Positions 25,901 to 40,371 of a DNA stretch of 64,000 nucleotides are shown one piece after another. The notes under the pieces were generated by a model. The model made no database searches. It was not told the origin of the DNA and saw only the letters and a list, made by a program, of their open reading frames with translations. A program made the translations under genes and the position numbers. Source of the DNA: Octopus bimaculoides (lineage: Eukaryota); NCBI RefSeq assembly GCF_001194135.2, contig NC_068982.1:67620469-67684468 (forward strand), in the 5' to 3' direction. Position 1 is the first letter of the stretch, and each line of letters starts with the position of its first letter.

Positions 25901-28900
25901 GGTAGAAAGGAAAGAACTTCGGTAGTTCAATGTTGGTTTTGGTAGATACAAGGTACAAAACAACCATTGTCAATAAATTTTCTGTAAACTTGATTGAAAA
26001 TATATATTTTCCGGCATAAATGTTTGATCTAAGATTTGTTACTGTTTTTTAACAGTAGTTTTTCTCAGAAGTTTTGTTAATTTGCCAAATATCGATTTTA
26101 ACAGCTTTTGTGAAAAAATTAATAAATCATTTGTGTAGGGAACTTTTTGAAGAACAAATTTGTTCTGCTCTCAGTAACGATAATCAAAACAAATGACGGT
26201 ACAACGTTTTATCACGGAATTGCCAATGACTGTACATTAATATCAAGGAAATAGTTTAAAGCTGAATTAACGAAAATAACAAAGCGTAAGAAACTAAAAA
26301 CAATCTAACTGATGATTCATTTGTAGTCGGTCTAATAGTGTTGGTTATGTTTTTAACTGTGCTGTTTCTTTAACACAGTGAAAACTTCTTTTTGATGCAA
26401 CATATGCGAAGACTCTCACATTAAAGGGGAAAGAAAGAAACGATAGCTGCCTGAATTTGATCTTACATAGATTAGTTACGTCCTTCTGTCCTCAGAGCTA
26501 AATATCACTCTCTAAATATCTCTGATCTTGTGGAAATCATTAATTATTTAAAAAAAGAAAAAGAAAAGGAAAAGAAAACCAATGTTACATCTACTGTGAT
26601 TTTTAGCTTAATCAAATTCTCAGTTAGCGATCTTAAAGAGTAAAATGACCTTCAGAGTGTTAGGCTAAAAATCACTAAAGAACAGTGTTCAAATTTCTAT
26701 TTCATAGAAATATGTCTGAGATTGTGTTTTTGTTTAGTAGAGTATTAAAATATTTTCAAGATGTTATTGTACCCAAGAAACTGGATGAGACTTCTATCAC
26801 AGTGATTATTTGTTACAATCTAGAGAAAGAGAGACAGATATAAAACTGAAAAGAGAATTTGAGTTTTATTACATTACTATTATGTATATTTAGATGCTTT
26901 TTTAAATACATTTCTTCATTCTGCAAGATTATATCCCCTTCTACTCATATTGACAGAATGCAAATTTCAAGATCTTCAACCTACTTTTTAATACCTGGAA
27001 CAACAGAGTATATGTGTTGAACTTCTAATGTTTTCCATCTTAAAATCTCTATAAACACCTCATTAAACTTTCAATATTTGATGTTATGGCACAATGTTTG
27101 CACTGTTCTCCGGTTTAATCTCACCCAAACTTTCAAGCGAATTAAATACGATGGGATTAGATTTTGTCCTTCAAAGTAAATCATGCATGAAAGAGGGAAT
27201 GGAAAAACAATAGCATTCAGATATTCCTGTTCAAATCTCAAAACGTATTAAGAATGAATAGATGCGTTATAACTTGGACTCTAGCTGCTCTACGCGCAAC
27301 TCATAAATTTTCAATAGTTTGGTAGACATCAACACGCATCAACAAATGATTTGTTTGCTGATTCTTATAAGTGTTTTCCGATGGCAAAAAACAACAGCGA
27401 CCAGATATTCACATCTGAATCTGCTACAAGATATTAAAAACAACCATTGTCTGTTCTGCGTGTCCCCCCATGAATTATAACCAATAGTTAATATCATGAA
27501 AACTATTAGTTATAGTTTAATATTGTCTCTATTTCCTTGTCTCTATGTCACATGTCAAAAATATTTACAGGAAGTGAATTATTTTTTCACTTTTTACGAT
27601 CTGCTCTAAATGAAATAAATTAAAAACATTCGCCAGATTTACCGCAGTCATTAAATTTTACATAATGTTGATATTTTCTTTCGTTTGGAAGACATCAAAG
27701 AATAACTTAGAGGAGAAAAATATGGACAGTAAAAATTTTATAACTATGAGACATATTCAGTTATCATACGAGTTATGCTGCTAATTTACATTTACACTGC
27801 TTTCATTTATTTAATATATTTCCACCCTGTTTATAAATATCACATTTTGGACATTTAGACATAGCATTAATTTCATAAATCGATATTCAATTTTATCTTA
27901 TCATGTCCGACACGCTCTGCACCCAAACTGCGCAAATAATATTATTAAAATATATTCTACATTATATATTTCCTAGTGTATTCGTCAGGAATACGAATAT
28001 ATATACTATAGAAATAATACCCATCGCTACTTTCAGGAATAGCGCTGACAGAGGCAGAAAAAGAAAACCGAACAGCCTTCTTATAAATCATTGATTAGCT
28101 TATGAAAAATAAATGAAGTTATTGTTATACTTTAGCTACAGAAACCTCACCAGTAAGACAGTAAATTGTTCTAATAGCCTGCATTCCTGATACTTTTAGA
28201 TAAATTATTTTGCGTGGTAAGTTTCCACTGTGTCTGAAACAGTTTATTGACTGTGACTTCTTGATTAATGTTCTTTTTAAAATACCATTAGGAAAGATGC
28301 TATGACGAAAGAAATCCGTGTGAATTGAAGTATTGCACATTCGGTTCAACTTGTCTCTAACACGGTAGAGGAATGTAAGTTTTGATAAATAAGATTATTG
28401 TTTGCAACGGAAGTCTTCTGCAGAAATGGGTAAAGAATAGCCTTTGAAGACGATGCTAAAGCAAGTAATATAACTTGGAATTACGCAAAGAACTGCAGTA
28501 GCGCGTGGCATTCTATAATATTCGTTTTGAAAGTAAGAAATAGATGTCAGAAATCGGTGATAGAGCGAGCCTATTTAGCTAATAGAAAAGAGTTAATCGA
28601 TTAATAGATATACAGAAAGCCAGTTCGAATTCACTTCTACGTTGAGATAATTTTAATCATATCTCTATTGATATTGATATTTTATGACGTGATATCGTTG
28701 ATACTTCTGATAATTTCTGAGAAATTATTGAAAATAATTCACACAAATCTTTGATTATGGCTGTAGTATAGCAGAATCAGTATCTGTTTTTAAAAGTATT
28801 AGTTAAGTACTTGTGTGTTAATTTTTTTTCAGACGAATTGGTATTGTAAAGTGACACGTAAGCTGTTGTAAGACATTGGATTTGTGACTCGATGTATAGA

Positions 28901-29344
28901 GCTGTACTTTACTAAATCAGATTAAGAAATGCAATTTACTTTAGTCATTTCATCGCTTATTCCAGAAATATTCTAGATTGTACTTCATTAAAAATATTTC
29001 ACGATGGAATTTCCTTCCCTTAAATATTACTATTAAGCACATTACAACTATTAATGTTTCATTTTAACAAACTGTATTTGCTCTACTGTAATTCTATCCT
29101 TTCTCTCACGCTGTTTTGGTTTCCTAATGTCTGTTTTAATTTCATTACCATTGAGTTCTTCTGTGGCAGTAAAACACTCTTCCGACTCCACTATATCGTC
29201 AACATGTGACTAGATCTATTGAATAGGCTTGGTCAATTTAATAATTCTTTTGGAAGCGTAGAAGACTTAAGGTCACCTCCAAGAAGACAATTACCAAAGC
29301 GATAAATCAGTTGAAAGTAAAACAAATCTAGTAATAAGGTTCAA

Positions 29345-29371
29345 TCTCCATCCATCCATCCATCCATCCAT

Positions 29372-29407
<36 letters not shown>

Positions 29408-29430
29408 CCATCCATCCATCCATCCATCTT
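29345..29430. repeat. (CATC)n microsatellite, probably the tail of a minus-strand retroelement
   Basis: Direct reading; adjacent 29430-29700 looks like LINE 3' sequence (weak). Confidence 0.85.
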
Positions 29431-31192
29431 TTATCCCTTCTGGGAAGATCAGGGCCTCAGGCACCTTTGCCATAAGGTCCTATCAGAAGTAACCGACATT
29501 ATACTTTGCAGCTGGATTCCCTATGGATATTTTCCAACAATCTCGTTCTTGGTTGGCTCGGCATAAAGAATTCATCTTGTAATTCTTTCCTACGACATTC
29601 TAATCATATGTCGTAGTACCAGAGCTGCGATCGCTCAATGTGAAGTATCAGCTCGACTTGAAAAGACTCACTTGATCGCCGAGCTATGACTGTCGGGTAA
29701 CAATATAAGGTTAAAATATGTATAATTTTATATTATAAAAGAGAAGAGGAATCTCCGCCTGTCTGTCTGTCACAACATCTATAAGAGGGTATTGTTATAT
29801 GTTGAAATAAGTTGGATTTTCTTTTTGAGAAGATTAAAAATGTGTGAGATGGTTAAATGCCAATTATGGAAGAAAGTACTAATAATACAATCACCAATAT
29901 AAATGGAAGTTCCTATTTCGAATTAGTATCATTTTATTCTTTTTCTAAAAGTGTTACATTAAACTAATTCGGACTTCTAAATAATGATGCTTTTTACTTA
30001 CGTTCTCTTACTAGCTCTTTCCTGTAGGGTGGTGGTTTGTTTTCATGAAGAACTCTTAATGCTATGTTCTTCAGTACTCCTTGTCGTCTGGTATAGGTAC
30101 CATCTCTTCAAGAAATATTCTTAGGTCTTATGTTCACCAGATATTTTCTAGTGAAGGAAATTTGACTGCTATATGGGTAAAATGACTACTTTATTGGTAT
30201 GACTACTTTATAGGTAAAATAGGTTAGCAGTAAGAAAACTGTATCAATTAAAATTTGCCTGTTGTTTTAATTTCTTATATTTTTTTTTACTGTTTAATCG
30301 GAGGAAGAGAAACTGTTCATAGCTTTTGAAGTCCCTTAAAGACCGATAAAACCGATGCAGTCGATATTTAACCTTCAATCTTTGCAGTTCGATGTCTGTA
30401 GGTAAGACATGTCAGAGAGGGTTATAGAGGTTACAGTCTTTGGAAGAACAAAAGTGAAGTGCCCAATATGAAATTTGTGATAGGAATGTGGTAGGGGTAG
30501 GGGACAGGAAGGTAAATGCTGTGAATGAACTTAAACACCGATGGTATTTATCTTACTCGTTTAACCACATGAAGATATTTTGAAATATTAAGTGGTTGCA
30601 AAAAGAGAAAATGGAACGTTGATTGGCTAGTTGTTGCTGTGTAATAGCAAGTCTTACGATTAGTAACGTTTTGATGGGCTTACCAACAGGTCGGCCAGTC
30701 ATTATTTTGAAACAGTGAAGAATGTTCAGTGTCTTAGTAGATGAACTGTTCTATATAACTGGCTAGTACTCTTATGTGGATAGCACTTTGTCTAACCAAA
30801 AATCAGCAACTGTTAATAAGTTAAAACATTTCTGGTTAGGTTATACGCCGTCCTCATGAAAGATCATTATGGATTGTGATGCATTCCAGTTGTGAAATAT
30901 TTGTATGCTATTGTTGAATATGGATTGAACGGCATGAGGTGATTGGGATGTTTGGACGCTGGAAATTTGGCATGGCAGACTGGGCATCTAACCTGTTTAA
31001 GCGCCAGTATTTTTTGGCACTGGTCACACACATGCACGCACACACACACACATGATCAGAAATATACGCATAAAATATAGAGGAAGAAGGTGTGAAGAGA
31101 AAGAGACATTACTATCTATAAATTGAATACGAATGAGATATAAAGAAAAGTATGCATAAAGAAAAATATACATATAAAGAAAAATATGCGCG

Positions 31193-31400
<208 letters not shown>

Positions 31401-32416
31401 GACTGAAATGTTGTATCTGCTTGATATTAGTAGCAACTAAGTGCTATTGTAGCAGAATAACACTAAATTGTCACGACTCACTAGAGGTTGTTTTTAAAGT
31501 CTCTGTTCAAAATGTAAGACAAAATATTAAAACCCTACAGTGTAGGGATTTTAAATGATCTCTTGTTAAGTAAGATGTACTAATAATAAAATGAGAACTT
31601 GGTTTATTGCTCAGAAGTTTTAAAAAATCGCTGTCAGTAAGCCATTACTCATATAATATTTTCTCGTTTTTGAAGAAGTTAGATTAATTTTCGAAGATAA
31701 ACGAACTCCACGAACAATGTATTGAAGACTTGTTGATTAAATATACTTAGAACTTCTAGCACATGTTGAATAAATATTTGTTCTTGACAGACAGAAGCGG
31801 GGTGTAGTGTGATATTCTGTCATTCAGAGAAAATTTTATAGGCAATTTACGCAGAAGTAGAAACTGAAACAGCCATTTGTTTTTCCTCTTAGGTGAGAAA
31901 TATCTTGGCTTCACGTACAATGAATAATTGAAAATGAGTTCTCTAATCAAGCTAGTTATTTACGGCAAGCAAAAATTGAAAATAATTTTCACTCGCTTTC
32001 AATCTCTTTTTTTCTTCTTTCATCACCATCTTTCAAGAATTGTTGTTTTTCCTTTTGTGTGATTTATAATATTTTTAACTTGCTTATGTTTCACATCAGA
32101 AGCACTTTTTATCGATAATAATGTTTGTTATATATTTCCAGAATTTTCTTCATCCAGACCTGATACATAAAAAAAAAAAAAAACTGATGGATGTAATATT
32201 TATGTCAGTGTCATGATGTTAACATTGCTAAGTTCAAATAAGCAGAGTGTTTCGAATGCAAGGAACAAAATCTTATCTTTAAACTCTATTCTAGCTTTTT
32301 ATTCCTCACTACAGGGTTTCTCATGTGAGCGCGTCTGTTTATCAAACTGTCTAGCATATTTCGACACGCACACCTACCCGCCTATATATAATTTTTCTGC
32401 TGTTTTAGCGGCGATA

Positions 32417-32800
32417 TGGACGGCACTCCGTCACTTACGACGTCGAGGGTTCCAGTTGATCCGATCAACGGAACAGCCTGCTCGTGAAATTAACGTGCAA
32501 GTGGCTGAGCACTCCACAGACACGTGTACCCTTAACGTAGTTCTCGGGGATATTCAGCGTGACACAGTATGACAAGGCTGACCCTTTGAATTACAGGCAC
32601 AAGAGAAACAGGAAGTAAGAGTGAGAGAAAGTTGTGGTGAAACAGTACAGCAGGGTTCGCCACCACCCCCTGCCGGAGTCTCGGGGAGCTTTAGGTGTTT
32701 TCGCACAATAAACACTCACAACGCCCGGTCTGGGAATCGAAACCGCGATCCTATGACCGCGAGTCCGCTTCCCTAACCACTGGGCCATTGCGCCTCCACC
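32417..32800 (-). mobile_element. Full-length tRNA-derived SINE family C with 11-bp TSD
   Basis: Rc head GGAGGCGCAATGGCCCAGTGGTTAGGG..GGTTTCGATTCCC (A and B boxes). TSD TAGCGGCGATA at 32406-32416 and 32801-32811. Confidence 0.92.
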
Positions 32801-33452
32801 TAGCGGCGATAATGCGTTCGAAAATATGCATTATGTACGTCTGCACACACGCACGTATATACACGCGCGCGCGCGCACACACACACACACGAACGCATAT
32901 ATATATATGTATATATATATACAAACACACATATATATATATATAATTAAAAGATGAAAAATATACCTATAAGAGTATAAGAGGAACCGCCCCAACCAGC
33001 TTAATAACCCCAAAATATCCTTTTAATTTTATGATATTTTATACACATATATATTGATGATCTTCCTATCAATGTATTTGGTTAAACCCACTTGGCATCA
33101 GGATTGCTTTTAACAATCCCTTACGTGGATATCGTTTCCACAAATTCTGAATGCTTATATAAATATGTATATNNNNNNNNNNNNNNNNNNNNNNNNNNNN
33201 NNNNNNNNNNNNNNNNNNNNNNNNNNNNNNNNNNNNNNNNNNNNNNNNNNNNNNNNNNNNNNNNNNNNNNNNNNNNNNNNNNNNNNNNNNNNNNNNNNNN
33301 NNNNNNNNNNNNNNNNNNNNNNNNNNNNNNNNNNNNNNNNNNNNNNNNNNNNNNNNNNNNNNNNNNNNNNNNNNNNNNNNNNNNNNNNNNNNNNNNNNNN
33401 NNNNNNNNNNNNNNNNNNNNNNNNNNNNNNNNNNNNNNNNNNNNNNNNNNNN

Positions 33453-33760
33453 CTTCATCGGAGACGGTGTGAGAAAATGGTTCAGTAATAGTTATTCTAG
33501 ATAAGATATGAAATAGAGAGTGAAGTGGAGGAATGAAAATAGACGTAAGATATGCAAGAATATTGTATCTGTAGATCCATTATTTAGGCAGAGCATATTT
33601 CACGTCTATTTTCATTCCCCCACTTCACTCTCTATTTCATATCTTATCTAGAATAACTATTGCTTAACCATCTTCTCACACCGTCTCCGATGAAGGGATA
33701 TATAAAATATCCTGGAAACAGCTGTAAGACCTATTTATAAATGTTCTGAAATCTTTCACA
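33453..33760. mobile_element. Inverted-repeat element end, probably a PLE pseudo-LTR, carrying a hammerhead-like motif
   Basis: 103-bp arms at 33453-33555 and 33593-33695 (6 mismatches, 37-bp spacer); the right arm runs into a hammerhead-like core. Confidence 0.7.
33683..33730 (+). ncRNA. Minimal type-I hammerhead-ribozyme-like motif
   Basis: GTCT-CCGATGA-A-GGGATAT/ATATCCT-G-GAAA-CAGCTG-TA-AGAC gives helix I GTCT/AGAC, a 6-7 bp helix II and a palindromic helix III (ACAGCTGT). Core U4 is C. Confidence 0.6.
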
Positions 33761-33994
33761 GCCTTGGATTTTTATCTCATTCTGTTAAGTTCTTTATATA
33801 CATACATGCTGATATATGACCGACGTTGGACTCCTCATTCACATAATCACCGAACCTGGAGCTTAACTATAGTCTGTCCATAGCACTTACTCAGCATTAC
33901 CTGACACCTTTGGGTCTTATTGACACCATTACCTCTCATAACCTCTCTCTCTCTCCCTCTCCCTCTCTCCCCCCTCTCTTCCTCCCCCTCTCTA

Positions 33995-34110
<116 letters not shown>

Positions 34111-34529
34111 ACAAGTTTTAAATCTCTGAGCGAGAAAGTATTTGAAGATTTGGAAGCAGAGTAAGCAGATATGTCAATAGAAGGGCTGGTTAAAAAGAAG
34201 GTTAAGGCCGGAATGAAGAGAAGACAACAAATAATATGGATGAAATGGCTTATTAGACACAGGTCAAAATTAAGAATAATAGCTTAGCAAGTTCAGTTTG
34301 CCTTGTAAAAGGTCTGAATTTTATGTTGTTATTCTAAAAAATTAATGTCACATAAAGTTTATGTGAAGAAATATATTTAACTTGCTTTAGAGTCGTAAGT
34401 TTAAATGGGAAAAGGTATTACAGTAATTCCAAACTAGTTCATAACAGTAAGTTAACAATGGCTGCCACCAACAAACGGGATAAAAAGTATAAAATGCAAA
34501 AGGGGTATATAAAGTGAATAGGGACTGGC

Positions 34530-34560
<31 letters not shown>

Positions 34561-34882
34561 GATAGATAGATAGATAGATAGTTAGCAAGTTAGCTAGCTA
34601 GCGAGTTATACATACATACATACATACATACATACATACATTCATACATTCATACATACATACATGCATACATATATATATATAGATGCACGCATATGCA
34701 CATAGCGCGCGTGCACACACGTATATCGAAACTTAGAAATTATTATGTCCTATACGTAAATAGGTAAGAGAATAACTTCGCCTTTGTATTTGGTTTGCAA
34801 GATTTTTGATGTGATCTCGTGTGTTGAAACAGATTTTGTTGTATCTCGGAAGGACCATTATTCCAATAATAAACACACGAAT

Positions 34883-35142
34883 GGTTCGGTTTCAATTTAT
34901 TATTTGTCAACTAACTAATCGATTGTTTGAGTAATCATTCGGTTAATCAATCAGTGGTGTTACCGGTGTCCTTTCATCGCCATTCGGTAGCTCTTCAGTG
35001 ATATGCGCTCTCTGCTCTAGATCAACTTCAAGTTTGTCTCGGAGATAGACACAAATGGTCGATCGATTAACCGAATGACTAATCGATTTGTTAGTTGGTT
35101 AAATAACTAATTAATTGACAAATAATAAAGTAAAATAGAACC
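34883..35142. mobile_element. Degenerate MITE-like element with ~70-80 bp imperfect inverted arms
   Basis: ggttcggtttcaatttattatttgtcaa..cattcggttaatcaatc is the reverse complement of gatcgattaaccgaatg..ttgacaaataataaagtaaaatagaacc. Confidence 0.6.
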
Positions 35143-38100
35143 ATGCTGTTATAATATTAAATGTTAGAGGAAACGCGTAAAAATCTAAGTCTAAAGAGGT
35201 AAGATCCATTGAAATGTATAAAAATGGGAGATAATTTTATGAGTTGAAGCAAAAATATGAATATATAAGTGTGTTTGCGCGAGCTTTTAAAGATTATTGG
35301 GTTATAAAAGCTGTATAAAATTCTGTAATGTATTTAAAAATGTATATGAAAATTATACAAATCTGTATAGAAGAGTAATTGCAGCCAGCATCTAATACAG
35401 ATGGATGTGAAAACACAAGCTGGATAAGAGAGGTTGGAAATGCAAACTCGTATACTGAAGTAGGAGTAAATAAGAGGGGAAAATTTGAGCAGAAATCAGA
35501 GTAAGTCCATCTAAGTGTACTATATACATCTACTTGTGCTTGTTGAGATTAATTTACAATATGAAATATAAAAAAATAAACAATAGTAATAAAACATAAA
35601 AATAAATATGTGTGTCTGCATATATATTGTATATGTATGCATACATATACATTTTTTATTTCATTTATTCAGACATGGCTAGTATAAGAGGTAGTGTGGG
35701 ATATAAATAACTTGTATGTTTTTTTTACTTCATAAAATTTTGTTGGTAAAAGGAGTAAGAGGCTTGAGTTACTTAGGGGTGGTATAATAGGTGTTAAGAA
35801 GAAGGGTTCCATTTACAGATATACTTGCATATGTTCCATTATCTCAAAGATATATAAACCAAGTTAATCTTAATTCTTTCAACGTGTATATCTTCTAAAA
35901 GTAATCGTTTTAATTGGTTGGGTAGTAATAACGGGATGAGTCGTAACGGCAAAGAGCACACGACGTCTACTCCTTGGTTAAATTATCAACTAGTTTCACT
36001 TAACTGATTTATTGAAAAGAGTGTTCTTAATTTATTTGGCAATAGAGATGGTAGGAACAGAGAAAGGACGAATTAATTGTAACACGTCAATGTACCAGGA
36101 TTCTGACATGCAATTTAGAAGTGTTGTTTGCTGAAACGAATTCTCACACGAGAATAGAAATGTCAAGACAGAATAGATGATTTATAAAAAGAACAAGAAG
36201 TACAAATATCAAATGGAAATGGTTCACTTATACTTCTTTCTATTTTTATATTCCATGTCCACATTTAATTTCAGTATATGTAGACATAGGCACTACTGTG
36301 TGGTTAAGACGCTAGCTTTGCAAGAAAGTAGTTTCGTGTTCAGTCCTACTGTGTAGCATCTCGGGCTGATATTTTCTACAATAGCCCAAGGTTGACCGAT
36401 TTGTTGGTGAATTTGGTAGATGGGAACTGTCTAGAAGCCTGTCGTATGTATGTATGTATGTATGTATGTTTATGGATGGATAGATATACGAGTGACTGGA
36501 CAAACGAAAGAAGGAGGCACTCATCACATTTATCAGGAACGAAACCTTAAGTTGCATAGGACCGAATCAAACTGTTTTTAATGATAATATTGGTTTCAAA
36601 TTTTGGCACTAGGCCAGCAATTCAGATTTACATTCTTCTAACACGAGCTTCAAGAAGCAAACGAGATCTGACAGTTTTATATGCTAAGCGAAGGCTAATA
36701 CTTCTGTTAAATTTTTTCGATAACGTGTTGAATGTCACTTTAGTATTGTTGCCACATAGCATTCTGAATCTTGCAAATCATTTAAAAACTATTCTTCATT
36801 AGAAAAAAAAAAAAACTCTACTAATGAATTATTTTGTTTATTAAATAAACTTATATATATTATCTTATCCAGAAGTGAATACGGTCATGCTTATCTTTGA
36901 ATTCCTCAGTGTTAAATCTGAGGACATTTCTCAATCACTGAATAGTATATCAATTTATCATCGATAACAATCACCAGCATATCAGTATGACAGATAATCG
37001 TGAAAAAGTACAAACCTAAATACACAGAGGATAATTGTATTCAGTAGATTAAGATCGGCATGTGGCAGTTTGCATTCTCTGCAAAACTAATGATAGAAGA
37101 GAAATTTTGATTACATTCTAATTTCAATCTTAAGTTGTATTGTGATCACGTAGTAGTATACACGAGGGGTGTCAAATGGAGATCTCGATCAACTAACTGC
37201 ATGATACGTCGGTTAGTTTGATTTACGCAGCCTAATTCAAATACATCTCTAACTGAAATTGTTTCATTACTATGTAAGCTTGAAATTAAATAAACATTAC
37301 TCTTACTTTTCGTTAGTCGATGAGCCAAGTTAAGAAACTTTCAATGAAATTATAGAACATGTAAAACATATAAGTAAATAATAAATATTAACAAGACACA
37401 TTGGTCAGGTAAAAAAATCTCTGGAGAATAAATGATTGATGTCTAACATTGGTACAAATCTAGGAATGGGTACAGGTGATTAAATTGACCTGAAAATTGA
37501 AACTAGAACATATATAGATGTAAGTAAATATTAATTCCTGAAAAAAGTTTCGGTAAAATGAGGAAATGATTAAATCTGTTACATATTTTATCGATTCTGG
37601 GAGTATGAAAGTCAAAATTAATCTCGGCTAGATTTGAGCAACGTCAAAAGATGTAACTAAATATCTTAAGGCATTTAATCCGACATTTGACTGTTTCTTC
37701 TGCCCATTCACCCTTCTGTAGGTTAAAATAATGACAAGAGATTTACGAACTTCATTTCTGTGATAAGATTCGCGTTATCTTGCAAAACATCAGACACGAT
37801 TTAGTCGAAGATATAAAATAAATCATTCGAGATTTCAAATCGATAATAAGTGTAAATAAAGAGGTAATTATGAGTGAAATAAATACAAGTGGAGTATGAT
37901 ATCACCTCACTTCCACCTTAATCTGCCACAGCTTCAGCTAGTTTTCCTGGTTATTAATCACGAACTTCAGATTAATTTGATCACTAATAATAATACTAAT
38001 AATACGCAGATTTAAGTTCTAATTCTGAATTAGCCAAATGAGATTGCTCAGTCTATGATCAATAAAGATAAGGTGTTACCTTGAATCCTAGTTGTTGTTT

Positions 38101-38587
38101 TCTTAATCTTTTGCTGAGATTGTTTGCTTTCAGACCTTTGCCATAAAAATAAATTCGGAATATAATTAAAATACTTCTAAGTTATGTGAACAGGTGAATG
38201 ATCGTCAAACTTGGATTGAATTTTTTATTGAATTTATTACTTTATCCGATGCCAATTAATTTTGAGGTCAACGAGAGCATACTCCTTTCCTGAGTACATA
38301 GAATATTTTCCAATGTAAAAATTTGATATTTTACTGCATATCAAATAAATAAATAAGTAAAATAAATTTTTTTAAAAACTATAAAACGGGAAGTGAACTG
38401 AATACCATTTTGAAATTCATTTACAATACGTATTATTATATTTTTGTTGTTCGCTCTGTGTCGAATTTTTTTTCAACACGTATATATACCGAGTTAGAAT
38501 GGAAATTTTTCAGATTTCGGCAGCTGCAGTAACAACAAGGGCTTGAATAACATACGCATGTATATACAAATAAACTTAACTACACAA

Positions 38588-38621
<34 letters not shown>

Positions 38622-38699
38622 CATACACATAATACATACATACATACATACGCACACATGCATACGCACACACACATACCTAAAGTGCTACGCATATAG

Positions 38700-39200
38700 T
38701 ACTGAGGTGTAGTGTGCGCTCGTCGGATTTTCGTAATTACGCATCGAGCAGAGACCTTAAACTCCTGTTCACCAGTAATATTGATCTTCGTGAAGTCTGT
38801 CACGTGGTTCGCATAACCCAGCATGTCCTGAGCGATTTCCATGAGGAGTTGGTTCTGCTATTCCGCCAGCACCTTGGGGACGAATTTCGTCGACACTTTC
38901 TGCATGCACAGATCCTCCGTTAAAATTGAATGCACTGACCTTATGCTTATTCCCACTTCGTGTGCAATTTCTTGGATTGTTACATGACGGTCATCCACGA
39001 CAATACAACGAAGCTTCTGAATCAGCTCTTCGTCTCGGCTTGTAGACGAGCGTGCTTTGGTCTCCACTGTACAACTCCTTGGTCCAAGTTTTGGATGATT
39101 TGAGCTTGAATATCACGAAGCTTTTGGAAAAACTTGATGCACAGTCTCTGCTTCATACGTTCGGTGAAAACGAAAATCCGACGAGCGCGCGCACAACGCG
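38700..39200 (-). mobile_element. Internally deleted mariner transposase remnant
   Basis: MKQRLCIKFFQKL (HTH1), then STSRDEELIQKLRCIVVDDRHVTIQEIAHEVGISIRSVHSILTEDLCMQKVSTKFVPKVL (HTH2 and WVP-like linker), then EIAQDML..INITGE, then a deletion. Flanked by the inverted motif cgaaaatccgacgagcgc. Confidence 0.88.
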
Positions 39201-39204
39201 TCTG

Positions 39205-40370
39205 TATTCTAGTCATAATAGCCAGGAACCCGAAAAATACAAACAAGCACACATAATTTCCACATAAACAGTGACGTAGACCGCCTCTACCTAAAACGAA
39301 AACAAGGCGGCAGAGGTTTAACATTGATCCAAAATGCCTTTGAAGTGCATCCCTTGACCAAGTTTGCATACATGAGGCTGATAACATCATAAGACAGGCA
39401 GCTCCTTGAGCAACACTCTTTATCTGATAACCTAGAATACATTCCCAAAGAAGTCGCACAACTCTATCGCAACATATCATCAGATGAAAGGATGAACCTA
39501 TATGAACAGAAGACTATGCATGGATATGTTAGTAGAAAGCTCCGTGATGATAGTAACATCCGTCAACAAAGCAGTTTATCATGGACGAATAACCGGATTA
39601 TTACTTCCCACTTTGAAGAGTATGCGTTGGCAATCCAGGAACAGGAAATATCAAAAAGGATAGAGATGCGGGAAAAGCCGTAAAATGTGACAACCGATGC
39701 AGACTTTGTGGAGTTCACACTGAAGATACCACCCATATCATAAGCAGTTGTCCGAAGATGTCATCACGGTATTATCTGTCGATGAAACATGACGTTGTAT
39801 CTAGGACACTCTATAATGAAGTCCGTCGGAAAGATAATCCCGAAGACAAAGAAATAAAAACCCACAATATGGTAGAAGCCATAGCCACTCATTATAAAAA
39901 GGAATACTGGTGGAATGTACCAGTAAAGACCTCAATGAAATGTAAGCACAACAGACCTGATATAATGATTTAGGATAGAGAAGAGAAACTGTGCACAGTT
40001 GTGGAAATTAACTACCCAGCAGATGTTAACATAAAACTGAAGATCAGTGAAAAAGAGAACACCTATGCTGAATTATTGAGAAATCTGCAGTTACTCTATC
40101 CAGATTACAAGTTCAGGTTTATACCTGTAATTATTGGAGCCCTGGGATATGTAACACACAGCCTAAATACCAATCTTGAGAAATTAGGCTTCTCAAAACC
40201 AGAAGAAAGCTAATTCGAAGACTACAGATCCAATCCATCAGTGGAAATGTAAAAATCTGTAAAACTTTCCAGAAGTTTATCATTTAAATATATATGAGCA
40301 TGTCTAGATATGCAACTATATGCATGAGAATACATACATAAAACATACAAATCTACTCATACATACATAC
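39205..40370 (+). mobile_element. 5'-truncated R4/Dong-like LINE (restriction-like endonuclease)
   Basis: HINSDVDRLYLKRKQGGRGL, zinc knuckle RCRLCGVHTEDTTHIISSC, REL motifs KHNRPDIMI..VVEINYP..KENTY..IPVIIGALG, and a CATA-rich tail. Confidence 0.92.
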
Positions 40371-40371
40371 T

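Noticed and set aside
28125-28520. Possible GPCR-like transmembrane fragments on the minus strand
   Set aside because: There is no DRY or NPxxY motif, there are multiple stops, and hydrophobic runs are expected in AT-rich DNA.
30001-30150. Minus-strand exon with strong splice-like sites
   Set aside because: All frames from the acceptor have stops, and the peptide (DGTYTR..) resembles an RTE LINE remnant.
30867-31049. CxxC-CxxC zinc-finger-like ORF
   Set aside because: It starts in a (TG)n tract that supplies Cys codons, has no clear splice context, and matches no family I recognise.
37155-37330. Mariner-like end (TACACGAGGGG)
   Set aside because: No partner TIR or transposase similarity is visible.
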